From Deltaproteobacteria bacterium (GTDB lineage Bacteria; Myxococcota; JACRCW01), in contig JACRCW010000017.1 in NCBI GenBank assembly GCA_016218805.1, positions 53-64,052 of the forward strand: DNA of 64,000 nt, written 5' to 3'. The notes under the pieces are model-generated. The model made no database searches. It worked only from the letters and a program-made list of their open reading frames with translations, and was not told the DNA's origin. A program made the position numbers and the translations under genes. Below, in pieces: positions 29,102-41,031 of this stretch. Within the stretch, counting starts at the first letter, position 1, and each line of letters starts with the position of its first letter.

Positions 29102-30001
29102 CTAGGCCCGGGGGTGGTGCTCCCGGTAGATGGCCTGCAGGCGGGCGCGGTTCACGTGCGTGTAGATCTCCGTCGTGGAGAGGTCCGCGTGGCCCAGCAT
29201 GGCCTGCACCGCGCGCAGGTCCGCCCCGTTCTCCACCAGGTGGGTGGCAAAGCTGTGCCGCAGCTTGTGCGGTGACAGGTGTTTGCGGATGCCCGCCGCC
29301 AGCGCGTGCCGCTTGACGATCTTCCAGATGCCCTGCCGCGTCAGCACCTTCCCTGACGGGTGCGGGAACAGCACGTCCGACGGGCGACTGCGCAGCAACT
29401 CCGGCCGCGGGCCGGCCAGGTAGCTCTCCAGCGTGGTGCGCGCGCGCGCGCCCAGCGGCACCACGCGCTCCTTGCGCCCCTTGCCACGCGCCAGCAGGAA
29501 CCCGCGCTGCAGGTCCACGTCGTCCAGGCGCAGTCCCACCACTTCGCTCACGCGCAGGCCGGTGGCGTACATCAGCTCCAGCATGGCGGTGTCCCGCCAC
29601 GCGCGCGGGTCCCTGGTCCCCGGCGCGGCCAGCAGTGCGTCCACTTCGCGCGTGTCCAGGAACTCCGGCAGCTTCTTCACCATCCGCGGCCGGTCCACGT
29701 CGGCGGCGGGGTTTTGCTGCAAGTACCGCTCGCGCACCAGGAACTTGAACAGCATGCGCACCGCGGACAGCGTCCGGGCCTGGGAGCGGACGTTCAGCCC
29801 CGCCCGCCCCAGTGACGCCATGAACCCCGCCACGTGCGCGCCCGTCACCTGCGCCGCATCCGTGACGCCGTCCTGGCGCAGGAACGCGTCCAGCTTCTGC
29901 AGGTCCCCCGCGTACGCGGACGCCGTCAGCGGGCTGAGGTTCCGCTCCACCCGGATGTGCTCCAGGAAACTGTCCGCGGCGTCCGCCAGCAGCAGTGACA
30001 C
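29102..30001 (-). CDS. xerD: Tyrosine recombinase XerC/XerD family
   Basis: The protein is about 299 aa. The N-terminus LLADAADSFLEHIRVERNLSPLTASAY is typical of Xer recombinases, and the C-terminal catalytic R..H..Y residues are present. Confidence 0.8.
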   Translation of the reverse strand: MSLLLADAADSFLEHIRVERNLSPLTASAYAGDLQKLDAFLRQDGVTDAAQVTGAHVAGFMASLGRAGLNVRSQARTLSAVRMLFKFLVRERYLQQNPAADVDRPRMVKKLPEFLDTREVDALLAAPGTRDPRAWRDTAMLELMYATGLRVSEVVGLRLDDVDLQRGFLLARGKGRKERVVPLGARARTTLESYLAGPRPELLRSRPSDVLFPHPSGKVLTRQGIWKIVKRHALAAGIRKHLSPHKLRHSFATHLVENGADLRAVQAMLGHADLSTTEIYTHVNRARLQAIYREHHPRA

Positions 30002-30016
30002 GTGCGGCCTCCGGGC

Positions 30017-32018
30017 TCAGCGGGCCAGCGCCTGCCGTTCTTCCACAAAGTTGCGCACGCCCTGCACAATCCCGTCCGCCAGCCGGTCCTGGTACTTGGG
30101 GCTGCCCAGGCGCTGCTCCTCCATCTTGTTGGACACAAACGAACTCTCCAGCAGGATGGCCGGCATCTTGGCCCCGATGAGCACGTAGAACAGCGCGTGC
30201 TTCACGCCCAGGTCCTTCACCTGCCCGTAGTTCTCGCGCAGTTCGCCCACCACGTTGGCCTGCACCAGCTTGGAGAGGCGCACGCTGTCATCCACGTTGG
30301 ACTTCATGGCCAGGTCCGCCAGGATGAACTGCAGGTCGCTGATGGAGCGCTCGCTGGTCTTGTTTTCGCGTGCGGCCAGGCGGATGGCGTAGTTGTCGTC
30401 GGTAATGTTCAGGTAGTACGTCTCCACCCCGTAGATGCGCCGGTTGGGATTGCTGTTGCAGTGGATGGAGATGAACAGGTCCGCGTGCGCCCGGTTGGCA
30501 ATCAGCGTGCGCTCCTCCAGCGGGATGAACACGTCCTTGTCCCGCGTGAGGATGACCTCCATCTTCAGGTCCTTGCGCAGGCGCTCAGCCACCTTCCGGG
30601 CAATCCGCAGCGTCACGTCCTTCTCCCGCACGCCGGAGGGGCCAATGGCGCCGGGGTCCTCGCCGCCGTGGCCCGCGTCAATGACCACGCGGCGCACCTT
30701 GAGGCCCGTCTGCGCGGAGATGGACAGGCTCGGGCGTTCGTCGAACTCCTTGGCCAGCGTCTTCACGTCATCCAGCGTGGGCGCCGCGTCACCCTTGCCC
30801 GCGTCCGGGACCCCGGGGTGCGCCACCAGCTCCAGGGTCACCGGCGGGGCGGGCGTGTCGTCGGCGCGCGCGGATTCGGTGGGGTCCGCGGGCGGCGGGG
30901 GCGGCGGGGGCTCCACCCCCGGCGCCGCGCTGGCCAGCAGTTGCGGCCGCTCCGCGGGGGTGCCCAGCGTGATGAGGACGCGGCGGTTGCCGGCATCATA
31001 CGCGGCGGCGCCGGGCACACCCGGCTTGAGTTCAAAGACCACGCGGACGGTGTTCGCGTCGAACTGCGCCGCCCGCGCCGCCAGCACCCGGGCATCCTTG
31101 TGCGCCTTGAGCACCTTGTGCGCCGCCCCGGCCAGCGCCGGGCGGATGTCCACGTAGAAGCGCGCCGGCACGTTCTTGCCCGCGGGCGCCACACCGGTGG
31201 CCAGCGTGACGGCGGCGGCAACGTCCAGCGCCACCTCGGTGCGGGGCCCCTTGGCCGCCAGGCGCACCGCGCGGATGGGCTGCGGCTCGTCGGGGGCCTC
31301 GGCGGCGTCGGACTCGGCGGGCTTGTCCGCCGCCGGCGCGTCGGCCGCGCGGGTCCCTGCGTCACGCGCACCCTCCGCAAACTTCTCCAGGATGTCGTGC
31401 AGGCGTGCCCGGGACGCGGTGTCCTCTTCCATCGCGGCGGGCTTTTCGGACTTGTCCACGTGCGTGCGCGGCGCGGCCGGCTCCGCCCGGGCCACGCGCT
31501 CCGGCGCCTTCTCCCTGCGGGGCGCGGGTTTCTCGGCCGGCGGTTCAGGGAGGCGCGCCAGCAGCTCCGTCACCGCGCGCGCCTGGTCCCCCTTGGGATG
31601 GTCCTTCCGGGCGCGCTGCAGCAGCGCGCGCGCGCCCTCCAGGTCCCCCTTGCGTGCGGCCAGCATGCGCGCGGCGCGCAGCAGCGCGTCGTCCGCCAGG
31701 GACGAGCGCGGGAACTGCTCCGCCATGCTCACATTGAGCTTGATGGCCTGCTCCAGGTCCGCCGCCAGGCCGGACGCCTGGGACAGGTCCTCCGCCACCG
31801 TGGCGGCGAAGTAGGCGCACTCCTCGGCCTTGTCCGACTTCTGCCTGGCGGCCGCCGTGAGCTTCTGGATGAGCTTCTCGTAGGGGACGCGTTGCTGCTT
31901 GCGCGCTTTGTCGGCGCGCAGCTCGGCGTACGCCTTCTTGGATTCGGCAAACACGCCCTCACCCGCCGCGGGCGTGGCGGCCAGGACAACCAGTGAAAGG
32001 ACGAGCGCGTGGACCATG
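30017..32018 (-). CDS. N-acetylmuramoyl-L-alanine amidase (AmiC-like) with N-terminal TPR-like and Pro-rich regions
   Basis: The C-terminal Amidase_3 motifs VIDAGHGGEDPGA...SIHCNS are present. A signal peptide begins at MVHALVLSLVVLAA. Confidence 0.8.
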
Positions 32019-32177
32019 GCGTGTGTGTGCGTGGCTCCGGCCGGCGGCCTGTTGCTCCGCCATGCTCCCGTTGACTCCGGCAGAAGGCAAGAAAACGGCC
32101 AATGCAAGGCGCCAGGGAAGGTGGTGATCAGGCCGTGACGCGGTGCGCCAGCGCGTCTACCCGAGCCCCGCAGGGGC

Positions 32178-32302
32178 GTGGCACCCCGTGTCCGTCCGGA
32201 GTGTCTCACTTAGTGAGACACCTCGGAGCCAAGCGACAGTGCGCGCCCGCCGGTAGCGCCGTCAGCCGGACGCCCCTTTCCAAGCCCTACCCGACCCATG
32301 CC
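32178..32302 (+). repeat. Copy A of the ~120-bp palindrome-bearing repeated element
   Basis: It begins with GTGGCACCCC. The palindrome GTGTCTCACTTAGTGAGACAC is at 32201-32221. Confidence 0.7.
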
Positions 32303-32349
32303 GGTTGGCGACCCATTTCTCGGGGTTTGGCAATGGCATTGGCGAGGCG

Positions 32350-32482
32350 GTGGCACCCCGAAATGCCCCCGGAAGTGTCTCATTTAGTGAGACACTTCGG
32401 AGCCAAGAGACAGTGCGCGCCCGCCGGTGGCGTCGTCAGCCGGACGCCCCTTCCAAGCCCAACCCTACCCATGGCTGCGGGT
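32350..32482 (+). repeat. Copy B of the ~120-bp palindrome-bearing repeated element
   Basis: It begins with GTGGCACCCC. The palindrome GTGTCTCATTTAGTGAGACAC is at 32375-32395. The core is more than 85% identical to copy A. Confidence 0.7.
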
Positions 32483-32509
32483 GAGCCATGTATCGGGGGC
32501 CTGGTGGGG

Positions 32510-33040
32510 TCAGTAGTGCAGCAGTGCGTCCACCGGGGCTTCGCCGAGCAGCCGGCGGCCGCCCAGCGCATCCAGCTCAATGACGAACATGTACCCCACC
32601 ACCTTGCCGCCGGCCTGGGCCACGAGGTCTCCGGACGCGCGGGCAGTGCCGCCGGTGGCCAGCAGGTCATCCACGATGACCACGCGGGTGCCGGGCCGGA
32701 TGGCGTCATGGTGGATTTCCAGGGAGTCCTTCCCGTACTCCTTGGTGTACTCAACCTTGAGCGTGCGGCGGGGCAGCTTGCCCGGCTTGCGCACCGGTGC
32801 AAAACCAACGCGCAACTTGAGCGCCAACGGCGCACCAAACAGGAACCCGCGGCTCTCCATCCCCACCACCAGCGCCGGCGGCCCGCCCGCCAGCGCCAGG
32901 CAGCGCGCGTGCAGGTGGTCAATGACCTGGTGGAACGCCGCCGCGTCATCCAGCACGGGCGTGATGTCCCGGAACATGATGCCGGGCTGCGGGAAGTCCG
33001 GAATGGCGGCCACCAGCGACTGGATGCGGGAGATGTCCAT
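32510..33040 (-). CDS. apt: Adenine phosphoribosyltransferase
   Basis: The PRPP-binding motif VVIVDDLLATGGTA is present, and overall similarity to Apt is clear. Confidence 0.85.
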   Translation of the reverse strand: MDISRIQSLVAAIPDFPQPGIMFRDITPVLDDAAAFHQVIDHLHARCLALAGGPPALVVGMESRGFLFGAPLALKLRVGFAPVRKPGKLPRRTLKVEYTKEYGKDSLEIHHDAIRPGTRVVIVDDLLATGGTARASGDLVAQAGGKVVGYMFVIELDALGGRRLLGEAPVDALLHY

Positions 33041-33141
33041 GGCGGGTCCCTGTAGCAGACGACCCCGGGGACCGGGCACGGCCGCGGACCGACCTCCGGC
33101 CCCTTCCCCGCGCGATCCCCGCTTGTGTATGTTCCCGCGCC

Positions 33142-34317
33142 GTGCACTTCCAGAACTGTCCCGTCTGCTTCAGACCCGTCGACGTGCGTATCTACGTGAC
33201 GGGGCAGAAGGCACGCTGCACGACGTGCGGGAACAAGTTTGTGGTGGAGCGCAGCGGGCCGGGGCGCAATTCGCTCGACGGCACGCAGTCCGAGAAGACG
33301 CGCAAGGGCACCCCGGCCGCCACGCCCGCGGTGTCATCACCGGAGACGCGGCCGGACCGGCGCGCCGGCTCCCCGCCCCTGCCGGCCACGCCGCCGCCGC
33401 AACCGCCCGCGCCGCCGCCGGCCCCGGCTGCCCCCACGCCGGACACCACGCAGGCCGGGCCCGCGCCCGCCGCGTCCCCGGCGCCCATCATTCCCGGCTA
33501 CACCAGGGTGGAGATGCTGGGCCAGGGGGCCATGGGCAGCGTGTGGAAGGCGCGCGAAGACGCCAGCGGTGACCCCGTGGCCATCAAGATCCTGGTGGAG
33601 CACCTGGCCAAGTCCAATGACTTCATCCTCCGCTTTGACCGTGAAGCGAAGGCGATGGAGGCGGTGAAACACCCGTACGTGGTGCGCATGAAGGCGCGCG
33701 GGAGCCACAGCGGGCTGCACTTCATTGTCATGGAGTACGTGGACGGGCAGCCCATCCGGCGCGAGATGGAGCGCACCAACATGCCGGCGGCGCGGGCGGT
33801 GGCCATCTGCCGGCGGGTGGCGCGCGGCCTGGAGGCGGCGCACAAGGTGGGCATAGTGCACCGGGACCTCAAGCCGGAGAACGTGCTGCTGTCCGCCACG
33901 GGGGAGATCAAGATTGTGGACTTTGGGCTGGCGGCCCTGTTCAGCGAGCTGGACCCCGCGCCCAACCTCACGCGCAGCCGCATCACCATGGGCACGTGGA
34001 ACTACATGGCGCCCGAACAGCGGACGGATGCCAAGCGCGTGGACCGGCGCGCGGACATCTACAGCCTGGGGGTCATGCTGTTTGAGATGCTCACGCGCCA
34101 GACGGTGCAGGGGCGGTTCCTGCTGCCGGTGGAGCGCGGCATGGCGCTGCCACCGCTGGTGGATGAGATTCTCCGCAAGGCGCTCTCCAATGAGGCGAGC
34201 CAGCGGCACCAGAGCGCGGCGGAGCTGGACACGGAGCTGGCGCAACTGGAGAAGGAACTGCAGGCGCCCGCGCAGCCGGATGACCCGTCCAAGCGGCGGT
34301 GGTGGCCGTTTGCGTGA
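33142..34317 (+). CDS. Ser/Thr protein kinase with an N-terminal zinc-ribbon and a Pro-rich linker
   Basis: The N-terminus has CPVC...CTTC. The kinase motifs GQGAMGSVWKA, AIK, HRDLKPENVLL and DFGLA are all present. Confidence 0.85.
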   Translation: MHFQNCPVCFRPVDVRIYVTGQKARCTTCGNKFVVERSGPGRNSLDGTQSEKTRKGTPAATPAVSSPETRPDRRAGSPPLPATPPPQPPAPPPAPAAPTPDTTQAGPAPAASPAPIIPGYTRVEMLGQGAMGSVWKAREDASGDPVAIKILVEHLAKSNDFILRFDREAKAMEAVKHPYVVRMKARGSHSGLHFIVMEYVDGQPIRREMERTNMPAARAVAICRRVARGLEAAHKVGIVHRDLKPENVLLSATGEIKIVDFGLAALFSELDPAPNLTRSRITMGTWNYMAPEQRTDAKRVDRRADIYSLGVMLFEMLTRQTVQGRFLLPVERGMALPPLVDEILRKALSNEASQRHQSAAELDTELAQLEKELQAPAQPDDPSKRRWWPFA

Positions 34318-34526
34318 ATGGGGCGTGGCGACGGGTTGCGCCGGCGGCCGCCGTCACCTGCTGACGGCGTCAGGAAACGGAAATGAACAGCCCGATCATG
34401 TCGAGAGATGTCGAAGCGGCGAGGCCTGCACTCGCCACGGACGGTGACGACGTAGTCCGATCGGATCTTTGCGGCGGCCACAGGTGCCGCCGCTACCACC
34501 ATTGACCGGGTTGGTTTTCCAAGTCC

Positions 34527-35003
34527 TCAGTGCGCCTCAGGAGCGGGCGCCGCCGCCTCCGGCGCGCGGTTGTTCCCGCGGAAGGTGCGCGCCTCCCAGA
34601 GGCGCTGGGGCACTTCAGCCGTCTTGGCGGGGCGGAAGGTGCCGCGCCCGCCCAGGCGCTTCACCATCTCCTCTGCCAGTCCCAACGCGGCGCGGTCCAG
34701 CGTGGCGCCCGTCCCCAGGCACTCCGCCACCACGTAGAGCCGCAACGTCTTCTCCGCCGCGACCACCGCGTGGTACCGCAGCGACCCCGCGCACACGTGC
34801 GGGCGGGACTGCCAGTCGCCCAGGGCGAACCCGTCACGGCTGTCCAGCACGTCCGGCGCGAGGCCGCGTTCCACCACCAGCGCGTGCCAGGCGGCCAGCG
34901 CCTTGACCGGGGTGACTTCCGCGGGGAGGTCCACGGCGGCGGCGCCGTATTGGAAGTCCGGGGGTGGTGCGGCGGCAAGGAGCAACAGGAGGGAAGCCAG
35001 CAT
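34527..35003 (-). CDS. Hypothetical secreted protein
   Basis: There is a signal peptide (MLASLLLLLAAAPPP) and good codon bias. Confidence 0.45.
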   Translation of the reverse strand: MLASLLLLLAAAPPPDFQYGAAAVDLPAEVTPVKALAAWHALVVERGLAPDVLDSRDGFALGDWQSRPHVCAGSLRYHAVVAAEKTLRLYVVAECLGTGATLDRAALGLAEEMVKRLGGRGTFRPAKTAEVPQRLWEARTFRGNNRAPEAAAPAPEAH

Positions 35004-35036
35004 GGATGCAACGGTGACCACCGCCCCCGCGGTGCG

Positions 35037-35728
35037 TCAACCCCGCGCCGCGGTCCCCAGCCCCAGCTCGACGTAGGAGCGCCGTACGTACAGGGCATCC
35101 AGCGTGGCCAGCGGCGGCGGTGAGGCCAGGCCCGGCAACGCGATTTCCGCCAGCGCCCCCGCCGCGGGGAACGCGTTGTGCCATCTCACGACGACGGAAC
35201 CGAGGGCCGGGTAACGCGCCCACCCGTCCCCCGCGCCCAGCGTGGCGTGCAGCGGGGCGGTCTCCGCGGCCCACGCCTCCGGGGCGGTGACCACGGGCCC
35301 GTGGAGGAGTTCATCCGCCGCCGCGTCCGTGCCCAGCCGGTACACGGCCGCGTAGACCTGTCCCTTGCGCGCATCCAGCGCGGCGGCCACCACGGTGCCC
35401 GGCGCGGCCCGGGTGGACCGCGCCAGCGCCTGCAGCGTGGCCACGCCCACCAGCGGCTTTCCCCACCCCAGCGCCAGACCCTTCATCGTCGCCAGCGCGG
35501 TGCGCAGCCCCGTGAAGCTGCCCGGCCCCAGCGCCACCACCAGCGCGTCACACGCCACCGGCGCCACTCCGGCCCGGCGTGCCACGTCGTCAATCATGGG
35601 CAGGATGGCGGCGCCGTGCGCGTGGTGCGCATCCGCCGCGTCCTCCGCCAACGGCGTGGCCCCGCGGCACAGCGCCACCAGCAGCACGGGGCTGCCGGCG
35701 TCCACGCACAACAGCAGGGGTTGCGCGC

Positions 35729-35732
<4 letters not shown>
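35037..35732 (-). CDS. tsaB: tRNA threonylcarbamoyladenosine biosynthesis protein TsaB (YeaZ)
   Basis: The GPGSFTGLR motif is present, and the protein shows the inactive Kae1/TsaD-paralog fold. Confidence 0.75.
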
Positions 35733-37462
<1,730 letters not shown>

Positions 37463-37523
37463 GGCGTGTTCCCCGCCGGAGGTTGTCGGACGCGCACGCC
37501 CGGTTGCACAACGGTCAATCGGA

Positions 37524-38006
37524 CTACTTCACCAGCCGGAGGTGCCCGCGCCGCGGTGGTGACGGTGCCGGCTCGCCCTCCCCTGCGGGGAGCGGCGCGG
37601 GATCCGGCACCGGGTGCAGCGGCGCCTTGTCCCGGGGCGGCCCTGCGGGCTCGGCCAGCTCGTCCGCCCCGTCCAGGAGTTCCGGCGGGATGTCCTCCGG
37701 CCACAGCAGCTCCTTGTGGGTGGCCTGGCTGAGCATCCCAAACACCGCGCGCCACGGGATGATGCACCGGTAGGGCACGCCGCCAAAGCTGAGCACCGCG
37801 GTCATGCCGTCCTCCTCCACCTCCAGCGGACGGGGAAAACGGCGGGACACGTTGAGCCGCAGGTTGGGGTTCCCGCGCAGCGCCCGCGGGACGTCCACCC
37901 CGGGCGCGCGCGCGTCCAGGTAGACCATCGTGATGCCATCTTCGAGCAGCTGGTTGAGCGCGTCGCGCTTGGTCAGCGGCTGGATCAGCGGGCCCGCCAT
38001 GTCCAT
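37524..38006 (-). CDS. sspB: ClpXP adaptor SspB (stringent starvation protein B) family
   Basis: The SspB core LRGNPNLRLNVSRRFPRPLEVEEDGMTAVLSFGGVPYRCIIPWRAVFGM is present. The start was chosen at MDMAGP. Confidence 0.6.
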   Translation of the reverse strand: MDMAGPLIQPLTKRDALNQLLEDGITMVYLDARAPGVDVPRALRGNPNLRLNVSRRFPRPLEVEEDGMTAVLSFGGVPYRCIIPWRAVFGMLSQATHKELLWPEDIPPELLDGADELAEPAGPPRDKAPLHPVPDPAPLPAGEGEPAPSPPRRGHLRLVK

Positions 38007-38160
38007 CCCATGATGCCGGTTGGCGTTGTGCCGGATCAAGCCGTCCCGCGGATCTGCGTTTCCCCCTCCCGCGCGGGGCGGTGCCTGCGTGTTGCCGGGG
38101 AGAAGAAGCTGACCGCCGCGTGATGCCGCCGCGAGCGCCGGAGGGGATAGCCTTTGCCTC

Positions 38161-38590
38161 ATGGGCAGATCGAAACACCGTGAGGAGAAGCGCACGGAGG
38201 CAGGCCGGGCAGCGGCGCTGCTCACGCCTGCCCAGCGCCTCCGCCAAGCCGTGGAACTTTCAGACCTGTGCCTGGAACTGCGCGCGGCGGCACGCAAGGC
38301 TGGCGACCATGACGATGAAGACGGCTCTGATGGACGACACGCCGCTGCGGGTCCTGGGGCCTGAGGACCTCCTCGTGCTGAAGGTCCGGGCCGGTGGAGC
38401 ACAGGATCGCGTCGACGCCCGTGCGCTGATGGCGCTCCCGCTCGACGAGGATCGGGTGCAGGCCATGGCCACCCGCGCGCCTGACGAAGAAGCTGGCGGC
38501 CTGGCGGCGCTCAACGTCTCCGCGCTGAAGGTCCGGGCCTTCAGGCGAGCGGTGACGCCGCCACCGCCACCCGCGCTGTTGTGGGCCTAA
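38161..38590 (+). pseudogene. Apparent frameshifted small gene. The N-terminal part (38161-38364) is in one frame and the C-terminal part (about 38312-38590) is in the frame shifted by -2/+1.
   Basis: Each half looks protein-like only in its own frame (EAGRAAALLTPAQRLRQAVELSDLCLELRAAARKAG, then TALMDDTPLRVLGPEDLLVLKVRAGGAQDRVDARALMAL). The two overlap by about 50 nt. Confidence 0.3.
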
Positions 38591-39981
38591 TCCACCGGCC
38601 ACTGCACCGGTTGGGGGACGGCGTCGTTGGGGCCCGCTGGCCGGCCAAGCGCGCCGGACTGGTTGCCCCCCCAGCAATACACACCCGCGTCCGCCACCCG
38701 CGCGCACGAAAAGCCACCGCCAGCCACGACGTCCACCACGTTGGTGAGGGTGGGCACTTCCGCGGGGGCCGGAAGGGTGGCGGGACCCTCTTGCCCGCAC
38801 TGCTTCTGGCCGTTGTCCCCCCAGCACACGACGCGCCCAGTGGTTGTGACCACGCACGCGTGCGAGCCACCCGCAGCCACCCGCCGAGCAGCCACGCCAG
38901 GAATCAGGAGGGCGCCGGCGGGTGGCCCCGCATCTTCGCGGGCAAGCTGCTTTCGGTCGTTGGCTCCCCAGCAGTACACCTGAGTCCCCTTGAGCACGCA
39001 GGTGAAGTTGGCACCGGCAGCAATCGCGTCGGCGCCACCCGCGGTCGGTACGTCCAGTGGCGTGTCAAACTGCCCGGTGTCGGTCTCGTTCACCTGGTGG
39101 TTGCCGTTGGCACCCCAGCATTCAACGCTTCCCTGCGGCCGCCGCAGGCACGCATGCGAGGCGCCGTTCACAACGTCCTGGTACCCCGTGCCGGCCACGT
39201 GATGGGGGAGGGGAAAGGCTCCAACCGGTATGACCGCGCCAGCTCCCCAACAGTACACGCCGCTGGCCTGCGCCAGGACACAGCTTGCCAGGCCACCGCC
39301 ACCCAACGCTGTCACGCCGGCCAGGGGCTGCAGACTTGGCTGGACGACCACGGTGGCCACGGTGGTGTCCACTCCGCACTGGCCAACCTGGTTGCCGCCC
39401 CAACACAGCACGCCGCCGTCGGCGGCTGTGGCGCACGTGTGCTGGCCCGCCGCACTTTGCAGCGTCCCGCCCTGCAGTCCGGGAACTTCAGTGGGCCGCG
39501 GCTCAACCCCAGAGGCTGCGTTGGGTCCAACCTGATTCAGCTGGTTGGCTCCCCAGCAATAGAGCTTGCCGTCACCGGTGCGCGCACACGTCTGACCGGC
39601 ACCCGCGGTCATGGCCACCACGCACCGGCCTTCATGGCAGGCGTGCACAGAGGTGGCCCCCGCAGATGAGGACGGCGCGGCGGCGCGGCTGGATGAGACG
39701 CCCTGATGAGAGCCAGAGGACGCCACCGACGCTGACAACGCCGCCGCGGACGATGACGTGGCTACCGGTCCGCTGGCGGACGCGGGCTGGGAAGAGCTGC
39801 CGGGCGCGGAAGCGCCTGAGGAACTGCTGCTGCTGGCCGCATTCACGCATTGGCTGGCCACACAGGACTCCTGAGGCCGGCAATCCGCGTTGCTGACACA
39901 GGCGTAGCGGTCCCAGGGATTGGCGAGGCAGCCCGCAAGCGCCGCGCAGACGACAACCAGCAGCGACACGGCGCGCATCAT
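38587..39981 (-). CDS. RCC1/BLIP-II repeat lipoprotein
   Basis: There is a lipoprotein signal (VVVCAALAGC), a Ser-rich linker and repeated C.VKGD/YCWG.N..GQ.G blades. Confidence 0.8.
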   Translation of the reverse strand: MMRAVSLLVVVCAALAGCLANPWDRYACVSNADCRPQESCVASQCVNAASSSSSSGASAPGSSSQPASASGPVATSSSAAALSASVASSGSHQGVSSSRAAAPSSSAGATSVHACHEGRCVVAMTAGAGQTCARTGDGKLYCWGANQLNQVGPNAASGVEPRPTEVPGLQGGTLQSAAGQHTCATAADGGVLCWGGNQVGQCGVDTTVATVVVQPSLQPLAGVTALGGGGLASCVLAQASGVYCWGAGAVIPVGAFPLPHHVAGTGYQDVVNGASHACLRRPQGSVECWGANGNHQVNETDTGQFDTPLDVPTAGGADAIAAGANFTCVLKGTQVYCWGANDRKQLAREDAGPPAGALLIPGVAARRVAAGGSHACVVTTTGRVVCWGDNGQKQCGQEGPATLPAPAEVPTLTNVVDVVAGGGFSCARVADAGVYCWGGNQSGALGRPAGPNDAVPQPVQWPVD

Positions 39982-40790
39982 GGCAGCCACCATGACGCCG
40001 CCAGCGCGGCCGCGGCCCCCGCCAACGCCAGGACACCCAGCACCCACAGCGCGGCGGCACTGACCCCCGCCGCGTCACCCAGCACGGCCACACCCAGCGG
40101 CACGCCGTGACGGCGCTGGGTTGGCGTGGACCAGTCCCCGTTGCTGAGGTCCACGGCCACCAAACCCGCCGCCACAACGCTTGCGCCCGCCGCCAGCAAC
40201 CAGGTCCCCACCCCCACCGCGCCCAGGCCCGCGGCACTCAGACGAAGCACCATGGGAGCGGCCGAGCTGGTCCGGACTTCAGCGGGTGCAGCCTTGACGG
40301 GGAGGGCGGGCGCTTGCTGCCGTTCATCGCGCATGAGTTCCCGGGCCACGGCACCCATGTCCTCCAGGACGGCGCTGGCGTCCCGGTCCGGAAAGCGCCG
40401 CACTGACCGCCGGAGGATCCTGGCATCCCGGGAGCGCACCCGGGACAGACTCAGGAAATACCCGCTCCCAACGACGCCCAGGCTCCCCAGCACGATCTGA
40501 TCGCGGTCCAGCGCGTTGGCAATCTCCACGGCGCAACTGACGGACTCACACCCGGCGGCCTGACGGACGGTCTCCTGGGCCATGGTGGTCTCCAGCTCGC
40601 GGAAGCTCACCAGCTGGTAGGCGGGCTGTCGTCCCGCCTCCGCCACCAGCGCGGCAGTGACCTGCTCACACAGGTCCCTGGTGGCGCCGTCGCGCGGTTC
40701 AATGGGGAGCACCAGGACAGTGGTGGGCCGCCACGGCGTTGGAGCGGCTTGAATCACCCCCACTGCCAGCAAAGCGACGACCCATAACAT
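39978..40790 (-). CDS. Membrane-anchored protein with the same Cys-containing module as the PEGA protein (paralogous)
   Basis: The module ELETTMAQETVRQAAGCESVSCAVEIANALDRDQIVLGSLGVVGSGYFLSL matches the 24805-26250 modules. A signal peptide and C-terminal transmembrane helices are present. The stop overlaps the RCC1 start by ATGA. Confidence 0.5.
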   Translation of the reverse strand: MLWVVALLAVGVIQAAPTPWRPTTVLVLPIEPRDGATRDLCEQVTAALVAEAGRQPAYQLVSFRELETTMAQETVRQAAGCESVSCAVEIANALDRDQIVLGSLGVVGSGYFLSLSRVRSRDARILRRSVRRFPDRDASAVLEDMGAVARELMRDERQQAPALPVKAAPAEVRTSSAAPMVLRLSAAGLGAVGVGTWLLAAGASVVAAGLVAVDLSNGDWSTPTQRRHGVPLGVAVLGDAAGVSAAALWVLGVLALAGAAAALAASWWLP

Positions 40791-41031
40791 GCAGGGACAT
40801 TGCCGGGGCGCGACGCCCACGGTCAATGCGGAAAAGCTGCGGGTGACCGCAGCGGCGCGGGCATCAAGCCCCCGCACGAGGGCTGCAAGCACACGCAGCA
40901 GAGCCTCCATGCGTCCCGCCAGCGGAAGCCGGGCCGCCGGATCAAGCCGCCCCACGGATCCGCATTTCTCCCTCCCGCGCGGCGCGGCGCTCGGCTACAT
41001 CGTCTGCCCCTCCGCCCGCACAGGAGATCGC

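Noticed and set aside
30002-31996. 664-aa plus-strand ORF, and 33337-34245, 46968-48587, 54645-56930, 1288-3288, 35729 region and 26692-28626 alternative-strand ORFs
   Set aside because: All are antisense to well-supported genes (amiC, STPK, pgi, NtrC/HK, primase, MFS). This is the usual pattern in 70% GC DNA.
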